DNA of 64,000 nt from positions 2,010,618 through 2,074,617 of the forward strand of contig OY820932.1 in NCBI GenBank assembly GCA_963682015.1, given 5' to 3'. Shown here one piece after another: positions 34,915 to 44,358 of the stretch. Numbering within the stretch: the first letter of the stretch is position 1; each line of letters starts with the position of its first letter. The position numbers and the translations under genes were made by a program. The notes below the pieces were generated by a model that was given only the letters and a program-made list of their open reading frames with translations, had not been told where the DNA came from and did not search any database. Origin of the DNA: Smithellaceae bacterium (lineage in GTDB: Bacteria > Desulfobacterota > Syntrophia > Syntrophales > Smithellaceae).

Positions 34915-34955
34915 CCACCTGCGTCACTTCGTGACACCTCCGCCGGCGGAGGACA
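34915..34955. repeat. 41-nt dispersed repeat, copy 2
   Basis: CCACCTGCGTCACTTCGTGACACCTCCGCCGGCGGAGGACA. One mismatch relative to 25074-25114. Confidence 0.85.
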
Positions 34956-34972
34956 TGTAAAGGAACACGATT

Positions 34973-35572
34973 ATGCAAATCTCAATCATTCTGGCGCACC
35001 CTGATCCCGCAAGCTTTAATCACGCCATCGCGCGGACAGCGCTGGAGACGGTTCGGGAAAACGGGCATACGGTCTTCTTCCACGATCTCTACCGGGAAAA
35101 ATTCGACCCGCTGCTTCCCGCGCAAGAGGTTGCCCGTAACGCAGCCCTGCCCGCTTCCCTTCGGCAACACTGCGATGAGATCACCGTGGCGGACGGCATT
35201 ATCATTGTACATCCAAACTGGTGGGGGCAGCCCCCGGCCATTCTCAAGGGCTGGGTGGATCGCGTGATCCGCCCCGGCGTGGCGTATGAATTTCTGGAAG
35301 GCGATTCGGGGGAGGGTGTTCCCCGCGGACTCCTCAAAGCCAGGACAGTGGTTGTTTACAATACATCCAATACCGAATCGGAAAGAGAAAACAGTGCCTT
35401 CGGTGATCCGCTGGAAACCATCTGGAGGAACTGCGTCTTCGGGCTCTGTGGCATTACCGGTTTTCACCGCCGGATGTTTAACGTTGTGGTCACCAGTACG
35501 GAAGATCAGCGCAAAAAATGGCTTGACGAAGTCGGACAAGAGGTTGATATGTTTTGGGGGAAGATCAAATAA
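34973..35572 (+). CDS. NAD(P)H dehydrogenase (quinone)-like flavodoxin-fold protein (Flavodoxin_2 family)
   Basis: MQISIILAHPDPASFNHAI...IIVHPNWWGQPPAILKGWVDRV. Confidence 0.75.
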   Translation: MQISIILAHPDPASFNHAIARTALETVRENGHTVFFHDLYREKFDPLLPAQEVARNAALPASLRQHCDEITVADGIIIVHPNWWGQPPAILKGWVDRVIRPGVAYEFLEGDSGEGVPRGLLKARTVVVYNTSNTESERENSAFGDPLETIWRNCVFGLCGITGFHRRMFNVVVTSTEDQRKKWLDEVGQEVDMFWGKIK

Positions 35573-35590
35573 TTTTTCAGGACGGAACAT

Positions 35591-35986
35591 ATGGAATCAC
35601 AAATCAAAATCACCCTGGAAGGAAATAAAAAAGTATTTGCCCATTTTCGCGGTTTTACTATCGAAACCGATCAGGAAACGGTGGATGGCGGAGACGACGC
35701 GGCGCCGACTCCCTTTGAATTGTTTCTTGCCTCTCTGGGAACCTGTGCTGGCTTTTATGTGGCGTCCTTCTGCCAGTCACGCTCCATTCCCACCGGGAAC
35801 ATCAGCATTGTTCAAACAGTCTTACGCAACGACAAAACTCATATGGCGGAGAAAATTACCCTCGACATTCTGCTGCCGCCGGACTTTCCCGAAAAATACA
35901 AGGCCGCCGTGCTCAAAGCCGTGGACACCTGCACGGTGAAAAAACACCTTGCGGCGCCGCCGGAAATTGAAATTAAGATAAACTGA
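35591..35986 (+). CDS. OsmC family protein
   Basis: PTPFELFLASLGTCAGFYV...AV.TCTV.K. Confidence 0.75.
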   Translation: MESQIKITLEGNKKVFAHFRGFTIETDQETVDGGDDAAPTPFELFLASLGTCAGFYVASFCQSRSIPTGNISIVQTVLRNDKTHMAEKITLDILLPPDFPEKYKAAVLKAVDTCTVKKHLAAPPEIEIKIN

Positions 35987-36027
35987 ACAGGTAGTACACA
36001 AAAGCCCGGGGAGAAGAAAGAGGCGTC

Positions 36028-36519
36028 ATGATGGGGTATCAGATACGCATCGGCACAAAAGCGGATCTCGGTATTCTTGTCGATGTTATCCAGAATTCGT
36101 TTCAGGATGTTGCGGAGCGTTTCGGACTCACGCCGCAGAACAGTCCCACCCACCCTTCCAATTGCCGTCCCGAGTGGCTTGTGCGGGAAATGGATCGCGG
36201 TGTCACTTATTATATTCTTGAAACCGCCGGCCGGTCCGTCGGCTGTGCCGCCCTGGAAAAAATCAATGATCAGGTATGTTATCTGGAGCGTCTGGCCGTC
36301 CTTCCGGAGGTACGCAGAAAAGGATACGGCGAAGCGCTGGTCAGGCATGTTTTGTCACAGGCCCGGCTTTTAAACGTCTATCGCGTGCAGATTGGAATCA
36401 TCGCTGATCACCGGGAGCTTCATGACTGGTATGAAAAATTCGGTTTTGAAGATACGGAAAGCAAGACTTTCCCGCAGCTGGTTTTTCAGGTTACCTTTAT
36501 GGCTTATTATTTCAACTAG
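36028..36519 (+). CDS. GNAT family N-acetyltransferase
   Basis: LERLAVLPEVRRKGYGEALV (acetyl-CoA binding motif A). Confidence 0.75.
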   Translation: MMGYQIRIGTKADLGILVDVIQNSFQDVAERFGLTPQNSPTHPSNCRPEWLVREMDRGVTYYILETAGRSVGCAALEKINDQVCYLERLAVLPEVRRKGYGEALVRHVLSQARLLNVYRVQIGIIADHRELHDWYEKFGFEDTESKTFPQLVFQVTFMAYYFN

Positions 36520-36558
36520 CTCATCTTTTTAACCATCAGGCTGAAACTCAAAACAAAT

Positions 36559-36587
36559 GCAGGGAACGGTTATAAACCGTTCCCTGC
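36559..36587. repeat. 29-nt palindromic REP-like element, copy 3 (GCAGGGAACGGTTAtAAACCGTTCCCTGC)
   Basis: Same AGGGAACGGTT core as copies 1 and 2. Followed by a second hairpin, CCGGGTGCGGC-ggctaa-GCCGCACCCGG, at about 36603-36630. Both lie between convergent genes. Confidence 0.8.
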
Positions 36588-36641
36588 AAGCTTCTTTTTC
36601 AGCCGGGTGCGGCGGCTAAGCCGCACCCGGATCAGACATGA

Positions 36642-38144
36642 TTATTTCTTCGCAAATGTATTAGCCAGTGCTTCGCGATCTCCGCCGCTCATACCGGCGA
36701 TGTATTTCACCAGTTTTTTACGGGATTCGATATCATACTGCGTGGTGATGGCAATCTGTTCCATGATCGGCGATCCTCCACCATGGAAGGCTCCGATGTT
36801 GCGGACACCGCCTGTGGCCGAACAGAGCTTGTCGCCCAGATAGCGCCAGAATTGTGCCTGGTCTTCGGCGGACATCTTGGGATTGCGTTTAGTGTATTTC
36901 AGAAGCAGATCCCCCGTTTCCGGATTGAGGAAATCTTTTTCATGAGGGAAGGTCGCAGTAACGCCGCCGGAAATATCGCAGAGGATTTCCGATTCACGCC
37001 AGACCGCCTCGCCGGAAAGACACCGGCCCACATTGCAGTAAATCGAATGCGGAATATACGAACCGGGCCCGTAGGGGATAAATCCCTTGCCGGGCATGAA
37101 AACCTTTGGACCGCCCAGGTCGGACGCCGTGTAGCCCGCGGCATACCCCAGTTCCGTAACCATGATGATTTCCGCCAGTTTTTCACGCACATGCTCGGCC
37201 TTGTGGATGTTATTGCACTCGGCAGCCAGCGCCGCCATGCCCAGGATGACGTCGCCGATGGCCGGCTTGCAACCCGAATAAGAATGACGGTGAAACAGGG
37301 CAAAGAGCAGAGCATTTACGCCGCCGTGCTGCCATTCGCCCGCCAGGAAAACCCGTTCCCAGGGAACAAAACAGTTTTCAAAAATCATGTATGAATCCGT
37401 CGATCCCTCCATGAAGCCCCGTTTAAAATGCTCTCGTTCCCGGAGGGAGTGAATGGTCAGAACCTGTTTGAGTCCGTCCCAGTCACCGGGAATGGCAAAG
37501 GCCACTGCGTAATCCTTATCCTGTTCCCGGAGGGCGCGGGTGGGCACAACCAGTACTTCATCGGCTACGGACGCTTCGGAAATATGCAGTTTGCAGCCCT
37601 CCACAACGATACCGTCTTTGAGTCTTTCCTTGATATACACGTATGATCCGGGGTTGGGCTGATCCGCGGGCCTGAGCAAGCGGTCACCCTTTACGTCCGT
37701 CTGCGCGCAGCAAGCAACCAGATCTTCTTTCTGAAAACGCGTGAGCCATTTCTTGAAATTTTCGTGGTATTGCGTAGCGCTGTTGTTGGATTTGTCCGCC
37801 TCATAGGAGACATTGTAAATGGCATTGGTTGCATCTACACCCATACAGCGCTGGATGCAGCCACCTACCTTCTGGCAGAGCATCCGGGTCATGTCCTGCT
37901 TCTTATGCAGATCGTCCTTGTTCTGGTGAACATGCGTGAAGCGGTTGATCCGTTCCCCCGTTAAATGAGAAACGGCTGTCATCAACTCCTGATTTTCCGG
38001 CTTCTGAGCTTCATCATACGTCGTTCCAATCGTGTTGAGACAACGCATCTGCATCTCGTCGGTTCGGTCGATGAGCTGGCCGTCGTAATAAAGGTTGCGC
38101 TTCATTTTGGACAATCCATTGATGTAATCTTGCTTCGTTCTCAT
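36642..38144 (-). CDS. abfD: 4-hydroxybutyryl-CoA dehydratase / vinylacetyl-CoA isomerase family (AbfD / HpaB-like fold)
   Basis: The CxxxC (GGCIQRCMG) and H..6..C (HRHSYSGCK) spacing fits the [4Fe-4S] ligands of AbfD. Length 500 aa. Confidence 0.75.
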   Translation of the reverse strand: MRTKQDYINGLSKMKRNLYYDGQLIDRTDEMQMRCLNTIGTTYDEAQKPENQELMTAVSHLTGERINRFTHVHQNKDDLHKKQDMTRMLCQKVGGCIQRCMGVDATNAIYNVSYEADKSNNSATQYHENFKKWLTRFQKEDLVACCAQTDVKGDRLLRPADQPNPGSYVYIKERLKDGIVVEGCKLHISEASVADEVLVVPTRALREQDKDYAVAFAIPGDWDGLKQVLTIHSLREREHFKRGFMEGSTDSYMIFENCFVPWERVFLAGEWQHGGVNALLFALFHRHSYSGCKPAIGDVILGMAALAAECNNIHKAEHVREKLAEIIMVTELGYAAGYTASDLGGPKVFMPGKGFIPYGPGSYIPHSIYCNVGRCLSGEAVWRESEILCDISGGVTATFPHEKDFLNPETGDLLLKYTKRNPKMSAEDQAQFWRYLGDKLCSATGGVRNIGAFHGGGSPIMEQIAITTQYDIESRKKLVKYIAGMSGGDREALANTFAKK

Positions 38145-38269
38145 GCTTTTTTCTCCTTATATTTATTTTTTGTTTTGTCAGGAATGGAAAAACCCGGTCT
38201 GTTTCAACTTCGAGGAACAGCCCGTTGTCCAGGGGGTTATTGAATAATACCGGATAGTACTTTTTCATG

Positions 38270-38297
38270 TTGACATGCCCCCCCTGAACCCTATATA
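38270..38297 (+). promoter_or_regulatory. Putative sigma-70 promoter for dedA (TTGACA-16 nt-TATATA)
   Basis: Consensus -35 hexamer at 38270-38275 and an AT-rich -10 at about 38292-38297, 115 nt upstream of the ATG. Confidence 0.4.
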
Positions 38298-38412
38298 GGA
38301 TGCCCACGCATTTTATGATTTTTTTTCTTTTGAAGAGTATAACATAAAATCATGGACATTACCCTCTATATCATCCATCTGGAAAAGTAGCCCCGGCTGA
38401 AAGGATAACCGC

Positions 38413-39024
38413 ATGCACGATCTTATCAACTGGCTGCTCAACACTTTGAATGCTATGGGCTATCCTGGTATTTTCGCTCTCATGGCCATGGAAAGCTCCG
38501 TGATTCCTCTGCCCAGTGAACTGGTGATGCCGCCTGCCGGATACCTTGCCCATCAGGGGGAAATGAATATCTGGGTAGCCATTCTCATGGGGACTCTGGG
38601 CAGTCTTGCCGGCGCCTATGCCAACTACTTTGTTTCCCACTGGCTCGGGCGGCCCCTGGTGCTGAAATACGGCAAATATGTCGGGATCACCGAAAAAAAA
38701 TTCGCAAAGGTGGAAAGTTTCTTTCTGAAGCACGGTGAGATATCGACCTTTATCGGTCGACTGCTGCCGGTCATTCGCCACCTGATCTCCATTCCGGCCG
38801 GCATTGCCGGGATGAATCATCTCCGTTTTTCTCTCTATACGCTTGCCGGTGCCGGGCTCTGGTGTACGATTCTGACCTGGATCGGTTACTTTATCGGCAA
38901 GGAACAGGCCCTCATTATGAAGTATTCTCACCAGGCCCTTATCGGCGTGATTATCTTCAGTGCGATCCTGATCGCCGTCTATGTATGGAGGCATAAGAAA
39001 GGCAGTGGCAAAGTTGATCCATGA
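38413..39024 (+). CDS. DedA family inner membrane protein
   Basis: ESSVIPLPSELVMPPAGYLA...GRLLPVIRHLISIPAG. Confidence 0.85.
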   Translation: MHDLINWLLNTLNAMGYPGIFALMAMESSVIPLPSELVMPPAGYLAHQGEMNIWVAILMGTLGSLAGAYANYFVSHWLGRPLVLKYGKYVGITEKKFAKVESFFLKHGEISTFIGRLLPVIRHLISIPAGIAGMNHLRFSLYTLAGAGLWCTILTWIGYFIGKEQALIMKYSHQALIGVIIFSAILIAVYVWRHKKGSGKVDP

Positions 39025-39863
39025 GATGGAACTTAACCGTCATCATTTTTTTAGCGACAATCCTTTTCCTGCCACCATCCGTCGAAGCGAAAAATATTTT
39101 CCAGGCCGGCAGTGATATCGTAATCGAAGAAGGGCAAACAACGGATAATGCTGTCGCTCTTTTTGGACAAATTACGGTAAGCGGACTGGTTGAACGGAAC
39201 GTCCTGGCTGTAGGCGGTTCCGTGGTCCTGACCAGGAATGCCGTCGTTCGGGGCAAAGTGATGGTTATCGGGGGTGTTGTTGTCCAGGGCAAAGGATCTC
39301 TGGTGTACGGCGATATCACGGAGATCAATTCCGCCACACTGTCGGAAGCCTTTCACGCAGCCATGCGGGGCGACCTGGACGGCTGGTCCATCATTCTGAA
39401 TGTCATCTCCCTGTGCTTTTTTGCCATTATCCTCATCATCGCGTTGATCATGACCCTGCTGATTCCCCGGTCACTGGCCGTTATCGCCAATGCCATTCAA
39501 ACCAACATTATCAAATCTTTTTTCTGGGGATTTCTGGGCACGCTGATGATTGTGCCTTTTTTCACGCTGCTCGTCATATCGTTTATCGGCATTTTTCTGA
39601 TTCCTCTTGCCTTTACCGCTCTGCTTCTGGCAGCCATTGTCGGGTTTATCGCATTTGCGTCCCTTCTGGGGAATTTTATCATCACGAAAATATTTCCCGG
39701 CTACAAGAAATCGCTTGTCAAAGAGACCTTGGTGGGCCTGAGTCTGTTATGGCTTCTGGGCTGGCTGCCGTTCTACATCGGAATGATCATCAAGGCCGTG
39801 GCCATTACCTTCGGACTGGGCGGCGTACTGCTTGCTTTTTTCCACAGAAAGGCCCGTCAGTAA
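39021..39863 (+). CDS. Membrane protein with a signal peptide, a bactofilin-like beta-helical repeat region and 4-5 TM helices
   Basis: ATGA overlap with dedA. The segment AGSDIVIEEG...ALFGQITVSGLVERNVLAVGGSVVLTRNAVVRGKVMVIGGVVVQGKGSLVYGDI is followed by hydrophobic segments. Confidence 0.5.
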   Translation: MRWNLTVIIFLATILFLPPSVEAKNIFQAGSDIVIEEGQTTDNAVALFGQITVSGLVERNVLAVGGSVVLTRNAVVRGKVMVIGGVVVQGKGSLVYGDITEINSATLSEAFHAAMRGDLDGWSIILNVISLCFFAIILIIALIMTLLIPRSLAVIANAIQTNIIKSFFWGFLGTLMIVPFFTLLVISFIGIFLIPLAFTALLLAAIVGFIAFASLLGNFIITKIFPGYKKSLVKETLVGLSLLWLLGWLPFYIGMIIKAVAITFGLGGVLLAFFHRKARQ

Positions 39864-39886
39864 AAACGGCTTCCTGATTCGCAGCA

Positions 39887-40330
39887 TCAGGCCAGTCCAT
39901 ATTTCTTCATCTTCCGAAATAATGTTGTCCGGGAAACCTTCATCCGTTCAGCAATCTGATTTCTTGGAAACCTCAAGTTTAACATCCGGCTGATCAGTTT
40001 TTTTTCCGCGTCTTCCGGCGATTCCATATCCGTATCCGGACCGGGGGTATGACGGGCGCTGAAAAGCTCCGGCGGGACCAGATCAACCGTCAGTTCGTCG
40101 GAACGGGCGTAATTCATCATTCTTTCAATCACGTTTTGCAATTCCCGGACATTGCCGGGCCACGAATACCGCATGAAAGCATCCATTACCTTCTGATCGA
40201 TGCGACGGATGCTTTTTTGCAGGGTGTTTCCGTATTTCTTGATAAAAACATCCACCAGAAGAGGAATGTCATCCAGCCGTTCCGTCAGCGGCAGCATATG
40301 GATCGTGAAAACATTCAGCCGGTAATAAGT
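39887..40330 (-). pseudogene. 3' relic of a sigma-54-dependent activator (end of the AAA+ domain plus HTH only)
   Basis: YYRLNVFTIHMLPLTERLDDIPLL...WPGNVRELQNVIER...RTTLFRKMKKYGL. An in-frame TAG lies immediately upstream, and there is no Walker A/B or GAFTGA region. Confidence 0.75.
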
Positions 40331-40439
40331 GTTACGCTACGCAGAGAACTGGAGATTAACCCGCATCAAGCCGTAAAGGTCTTCAGGCACTGCACTGTGG
40401 AGGTGCAATAGCAGGTATTTTCATGGCCGGCAGTTGCCG

Positions 40440-41333
40440 TCAACGCTCTTTGTCAGACGCACCAGCCCTTAAAAAATCCATCACAGCTTTGTTAAACAAT
40501 CCGGGGTTTTGCAAGTGCAGGGCATGGCCGCACTCCTCAAACGGGATCACCCGGGCATCCGGAAGCCTGTTTCGCATGTATTCGTAATTTTCCGATGGAT
40601 AATAATTGCTTTCGGTTCCATAAGCCAGCAGACAGGGAACGTTGATCGTGTTTAAAAGAGAACGGTAATCCTGCAAAACCATCGTAATCCAGAAAGCCGC
40701 GATGACACAGGCTTTGTTTTTTCGGGTCTGTTCATAAAGCCAGGGAAGGTCCTCCTTGCCCATGAAATCCGAAGCCGCGTTGAATTCCTGCTTTTCATTG
40801 TAAAGCGATTTATTCAAAATCCGCTGGGCAACAATCCTGCTGTAGACCTCCCAGTCATTGAGCATGGCGGATAGAAGAAAGAGATTGTCTTCGTGACCAA
40901 AATCTCCCGCTTTACGGCTCATGATACCGTTCAACCCGCAATTCCAGTCGTCTGCTTTCATGAGCTTTGGCGCCATGTCGATGATGACGATTCTGTCGAT
41001 GGCCTCGCAGCCGCACTGTTTTATGTATTCAAAAATTACATGCGCGCCCATCGACCAGCCGATGAAAGAGGCTCTGGAAATATTCAGTGCAGCCAACAGT
41101 TGCTTTAAGTCCTGCGCCAGGCGGGTCATGGTAAAATGGTCATTTCCGGCCTCTGATTCCCCGTGTCCGCGTAAATCCGGCGCGATGACCAGAAATTCCT
41201 CGGAGAAAACAGGAATCTGCTTCCGGAAAAAAAGGGAATTCGCCGTCAATCCGTGAAGGAGCACAACCGGTCGGCCGTTACCGCTCAATTGATAATGCAG
41301 CCTGACTCCATCATCTGCAACAAAAAAAGGCAT
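40440..41333 (-). CDS. Alpha/beta hydrolase fold protein
   Basis: MPFFVADDGVRLHY...VVLLHGLTAN...DLRGHGES...GWSMGA (nucleophile elbow). Confidence 0.75.
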   Translation of the reverse strand: MPFFVADDGVRLHYQLSGNGRPVVLLHGLTANSLFFRKQIPVFSEEFLVIAPDLRGHGESEAGNDHFTMTRLAQDLKQLLAALNISRASFIGWSMGAHVIFEYIKQCGCEAIDRIVIIDMAPKLMKADDWNCGLNGIMSRKAGDFGHEDNLFLLSAMLNDWEVYSRIVAQRILNKSLYNEKQEFNAASDFMGKEDLPWLYEQTRKNKACVIAAFWITMVLQDYRSLLNTINVPCLLAYGTESNYYPSENYEYMRNRLPDARVIPFEECGHALHLQNPGLFNKAVMDFLRAGASDKER

Positions 41334-41349
41334 AACGTTGCTGTCCTCT

Positions 41350-42129
41350 TTATACCCACTCCTCCGCAAGCACATCACCTTTGATGCCGATGATGACTAC
41401 TTTCAGGGGTACTTTGCGGGTTGCTTTTTGCAGACCCGCCTGCGCAACCTGAACCAGCCCCCGGCAGCAGGGCACCTGCATGATGACAACCGTCAGGGTA
41501 TTGATCTTTGCATCATCAGCCATGCTACGGATTTTTTCGACATATTCATCCAGGCCGGAGTCCAGTTTCGGACAGGCAATTGCCAGACTCTTCCCTTTCA
41601 AGAAACGGTTGTGAAAATCGCCCAGGGAAAAGGCAACGCAGTCTGCCGCCAGCACAACATCTTTTCCGCGATAGAATTCAGCGGTGGAGTTGATCAGGTG
41701 AAGTTGAATCGGCCAATGAGTTAGTTCGGATGTCTGTGCAACCGCTGTTGCGGAACCTTCCGCCGGCTGTCCTTTTCTTTCGAAAACGGCATGAGCCGAA
41801 CCCGGACAACCGCCGCCCGCCACCGGAGGTACGGTATTCAGGGTCTGCAATCCGGGCCTGGCGGTTTTCGCCGTCACCTGATCCTGCTTACGGCGGGCCA
41901 TCGCTTCCTGGACGACCTTTTCGTCAAAGGGATCTGCATCACGCTCCTCGATGGAAAGCGCCCCTTCCGGACACTCACCCAGGCAGGCGCCCAGTCCATC
42001 GCAGAACACATCGCCGACCAGCTTTGCTTTTCCGTCAACAATTTTAATGGCTTCTTCCGCGCAACCCGGTACACACAATCCGCATCCGGTGCATTTTTCT
42101 TCATCGATTTTAATAATCTTGCGCTTCAT
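41350..42129 (-). CDS. 4Fe-4S dicluster domain protein with a conserved C-terminal domain of unknown function
   Basis: CTGCGLCVPGCAEEAI and CDGLGACLGECPEGAL at the N-terminus. C-terminal WPIQLHL...AADCVAF...CPKLD...VPCCRGL. Confidence 0.65.
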   Translation of the reverse strand: MKRKIIKIDEEKCTGCGLCVPGCAEEAIKIVDGKAKLVGDVFCDGLGACLGECPEGALSIEERDADPFDEKVVQEAMARRKQDQVTAKTARPGLQTLNTVPPVAGGGCPGSAHAVFERKGQPAEGSATAVAQTSELTHWPIQLHLINSTAEFYRGKDVVLAADCVAFSLGDFHNRFLKGKSLAIACPKLDSGLDEYVEKIRSMADDAKINTLTVVIMQVPCCRGLVQVAQAGLQKATRKVPLKVVIIGIKGDVLAEEWV

Positions 42130-42251
42130 GTCATCTTACTCCTGTAAGGAATCTGAAAATTATAGATGAGTAAATTTTAACCATCACGATACAGTATGGC
42201 AAGGGTGGATAATCTTCTTATAATCTTTAAAGGAAGAAGCTGCCTTCGTTG

Positions 42252-42803
42252 TCATTTGACAACCAGGGGAATTCCCGCAACCATCAGGATAACCCGGCGG
42301 GCTGCCCCGGCCAGGGCCTGATTGGCAAAACCCAGTGCATCACGATAAAGACGGCCCAGGGGATAAGGTGGAACGAGCCCCAGGCCCACTTCGTTGGAAA
42401 CGACCAGCCACTGCCCGCCTGTTCTTGTCTGTGCGGCAATCATTTCATCTATTTCCGTGCGGATTTTCTGCAAAACGGCTTCATCAGGAGTGCCTTCCGG
42501 AAAAGAACCGAGAATATTGCTGACCAGCAAAGTGATACAATCGATAATGATTACGGGGGCAACGGGCAACCCCAGATTTTTCCCGACATGGAGCGCAATT
42601 TCAAGTGTCTGCCATGCGGCCGGCCGGGATGCCCGGTGTTTGCGGATGCGCTCAGCCATTTCTTCGTCGCCGGCCGTGGCTGTGGCAACATACAACACGG
42701 ATTTCCCGGAGTCTCTCGCAATTTTTTCCGCAAACGAACTTTTTCCGCTGCGCGCTCCACCCAGAATAAGCGTCAGGCCATCCGTGGGAATTTCAGGCGT
42801 CAT
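42252..42803 (-). CDS. cobU: Bifunctional adenosylcobinamide kinase / adenosylcobinamide-phosphate guanylyltransferase
   Basis: LILGGARSGKSSFAE...LYVATA...DEEM..RI..H...R...W.T.E. Confidence 0.9.
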   Translation of the reverse strand: MTPEIPTDGLTLILGGARSGKSSFAEKIARDSGKSVLYVATATAGDEEMAERIRKHRASRPAAWQTLEIALHVGKNLGLPVAPVIIIDCITLLVSNILGSFPEGTPDEAVLQKIRTEIDEMIAAQTRTGGQWLVVSNEVGLGLVPPYPLGRLYRDALGFANQALAGAARRVILMVAGIPLVVK

Positions 42804-43591
42804 AGATTCATTCCTTTCATCACATTCTGAACTGCCGCATATGAGGTTAAAAAATCATCTTCGGAAAACACCTCGATTGTCAGGACACCGCGATAGTCCT
42901 CGTCGACCAGCTCGGCCAGTACCGATTGCAGCTTTTCCGCCGGCACATGAGCAAGCGACGAGTGATCGCGCCGAGCAATTCCGTGGATATGGATCACCCG
43001 GGTACGCGGCAGGGCCACATGCAAATACGCAACAGGGTCCAGGCCGTCCAGCCAGAGATGCCCGACGTCCACCGCCCGGCTGACCGCAATCCTCTCCAGC
43101 ACCGGCTCATAAAAATCCCGGGGATAGCCTTCGATATTTTCTACCGCCAGCTTTCCGAAGTCGCCTGCGCGCCGCCCGACAATTTCCAGCGAACGGACCG
43201 CATGATCCCGCCAGCGTTTCATCATATCAGGATTCGCGCCGTTGCGCACCAGTGTCCCATCCAGATGCAGAACATAGGCCCACGGATCAAGTTCCTGCGT
43301 GCAGTCAATGACGCGCCGCGCTTTTTCAAGCGATGCATGTCGCTCCGAACCGTCATCGGCCAGACGCAAATCCAGCGGCAAATGAACGGTATAGGTCATG
43401 TCGCAGCCGGTGGCGATATTCCGCAGTTCGGCAATCTGTTCTCTGGAAGGCAGATTGCCGGGTCCGTCGTCCACTTCAAACAATACCAGTTCCACATCCC
43501 GCACTTTCCCGGCCAGATAGCGAACGTTGGGCAGTATAGTGTCGGGAATAATATAAGATGTTGTTCCGATGCGAAAAGAACAGGAAGTCAT
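42800..43591 (-). CDS. cbiR: Xylose-isomerase-like TIM-barrel protein, CbiR-like (candidate cobamide-remodelling phosphodiesterase)
   Basis: AP-endonuclease-2/sugar-phosphate-isomerase-type sequence (VELVLFE, HLPLDL, HLDG, TIEVF), wedged with 4-nt overlaps between cobS and cobU. This is the context in which CbiR was described. Confidence 0.5.
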   Translation of the reverse strand: MTSCSFRIGTTSYIIPDTILPNVRYLAGKVRDVELVLFEVDDGPGNLPSREQIAELRNIATGCDMTYTVHLPLDLRLADDGSERHASLEKARRVIDCTQELDPWAYVLHLDGTLVRNGANPDMMKRWRDHAVRSLEIVGRRAGDFGKLAVENIEGYPRDFYEPVLERIAVSRAVDVGHLWLDGLDPVAYLHVALPRTRVIHIHGIARRDHSSLAHVPAEKLQSVLAELVDEDYRGVLTIEVFSEDDFLTSYAAVQNVMKGMNL

Positions 43592-44358
43592 TTTCCACCT
43601 GCAACAAGCGTAAGCAATACTGCCGTCTCCGTCACTTCGACCAGCATGCCGAATACGTCTCCCGTGACGCCACCGATTCTCCTGATGGCCAGCGCCAGAA
43701 CTGCCGCGGCGGCGAGCACGGCGGCAACCGCGGCCCAGAGGCCTGTCAGACCGATGAGGATCGCCAGTCCGACCGGCAACAGAACCGTGAGCAGAATGGC
43801 TCCCGGCTGAAAACCTGCAGCAAAATCAGAACCCATTCCACCGGAACGCGCTGAAGGCAATAAGCCGGCAGGCAGGATGAGCCAGCGGCTGATTGTCGCC
43901 GCGAAAACTATACCCGGCCCCAGAGATGGCGCAAGCAGGCAAAGAGATGCGGTTTTCAGGGTTAACACAAAAAAAAGTCCGATAGCGCCGAAGGTTCCCG
44001 GATGCGGGTCTTTCATGATTTCCAGCCGCCGCTCGCGCGGGGCCGAACCCAGAAGGCTGTCGCAGCAATCCGCAAGCCCATCCAGATGCAGTCCACCGGT
44101 AAGGCCCACCCACACCAGGAGCGTTAAAATACCGGCGATGATCGGCGGAAAACAAAGTCCCAGACCCTGCCAGGCAAACCAGGTCAATCCGCCGATTACC
44201 ATCCCGACTACAGGATACCAGATCCCGGCGCGGCCGCTGTCACCGGGCTCCCATTTTCCCGGCAAGCCCAGCGGCAGAATGGTTAATAATCCAAAGGCGG
44301 TGCGCAGGTTACGCATAACACTCCTGATTGATGAGCGATGAGCTCTATTCTTTGTCAC
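43588..44358 (-). CDS. cobS: Adenosylcobinamide-GDP ribazoletransferase (cobalamin synthase)
   Basis: FGLLTILP...HLDGLADC.D... with multiple TM helices. The start is uncertain: 44358 overlaps cobT by 14 nt, with an alternative Met at 44316. Confidence 0.85.
   Translation of the reverse strand: MTKNRAHRSSIRSVMRNLRTAFGLLTILPLGLPGKWEPGDSGRAGIWYPVVGMVIGGLTWFAWQGLGLCFPPIIAGILTLLVWVGLTGGLHLDGLADCCDSLLGSAPRERRLEIMKDPHPGTFGAIGLFFVLTLKTASLCLLAPSLGPGIVFAATISRWLILPAGLLPSARSGGMGSDFAAGFQPGAILLTVLLPVGLAILIGLTGLWAAVAAVLAAAAVLALAIRRIGGVTGDVFGMLVEVTETAVLLTLVAGGK

Noticed and set aside
36603-36630. Hairpin CCGGGTGCGGC-ggctaa-GCCGCACCCGG, considered as a terminator for abfD or the GNAT gene.
   Set aside because: The stem is strong but no U-run follows on either strand. 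It may be another REP-type element, so it was not called as a terminator.
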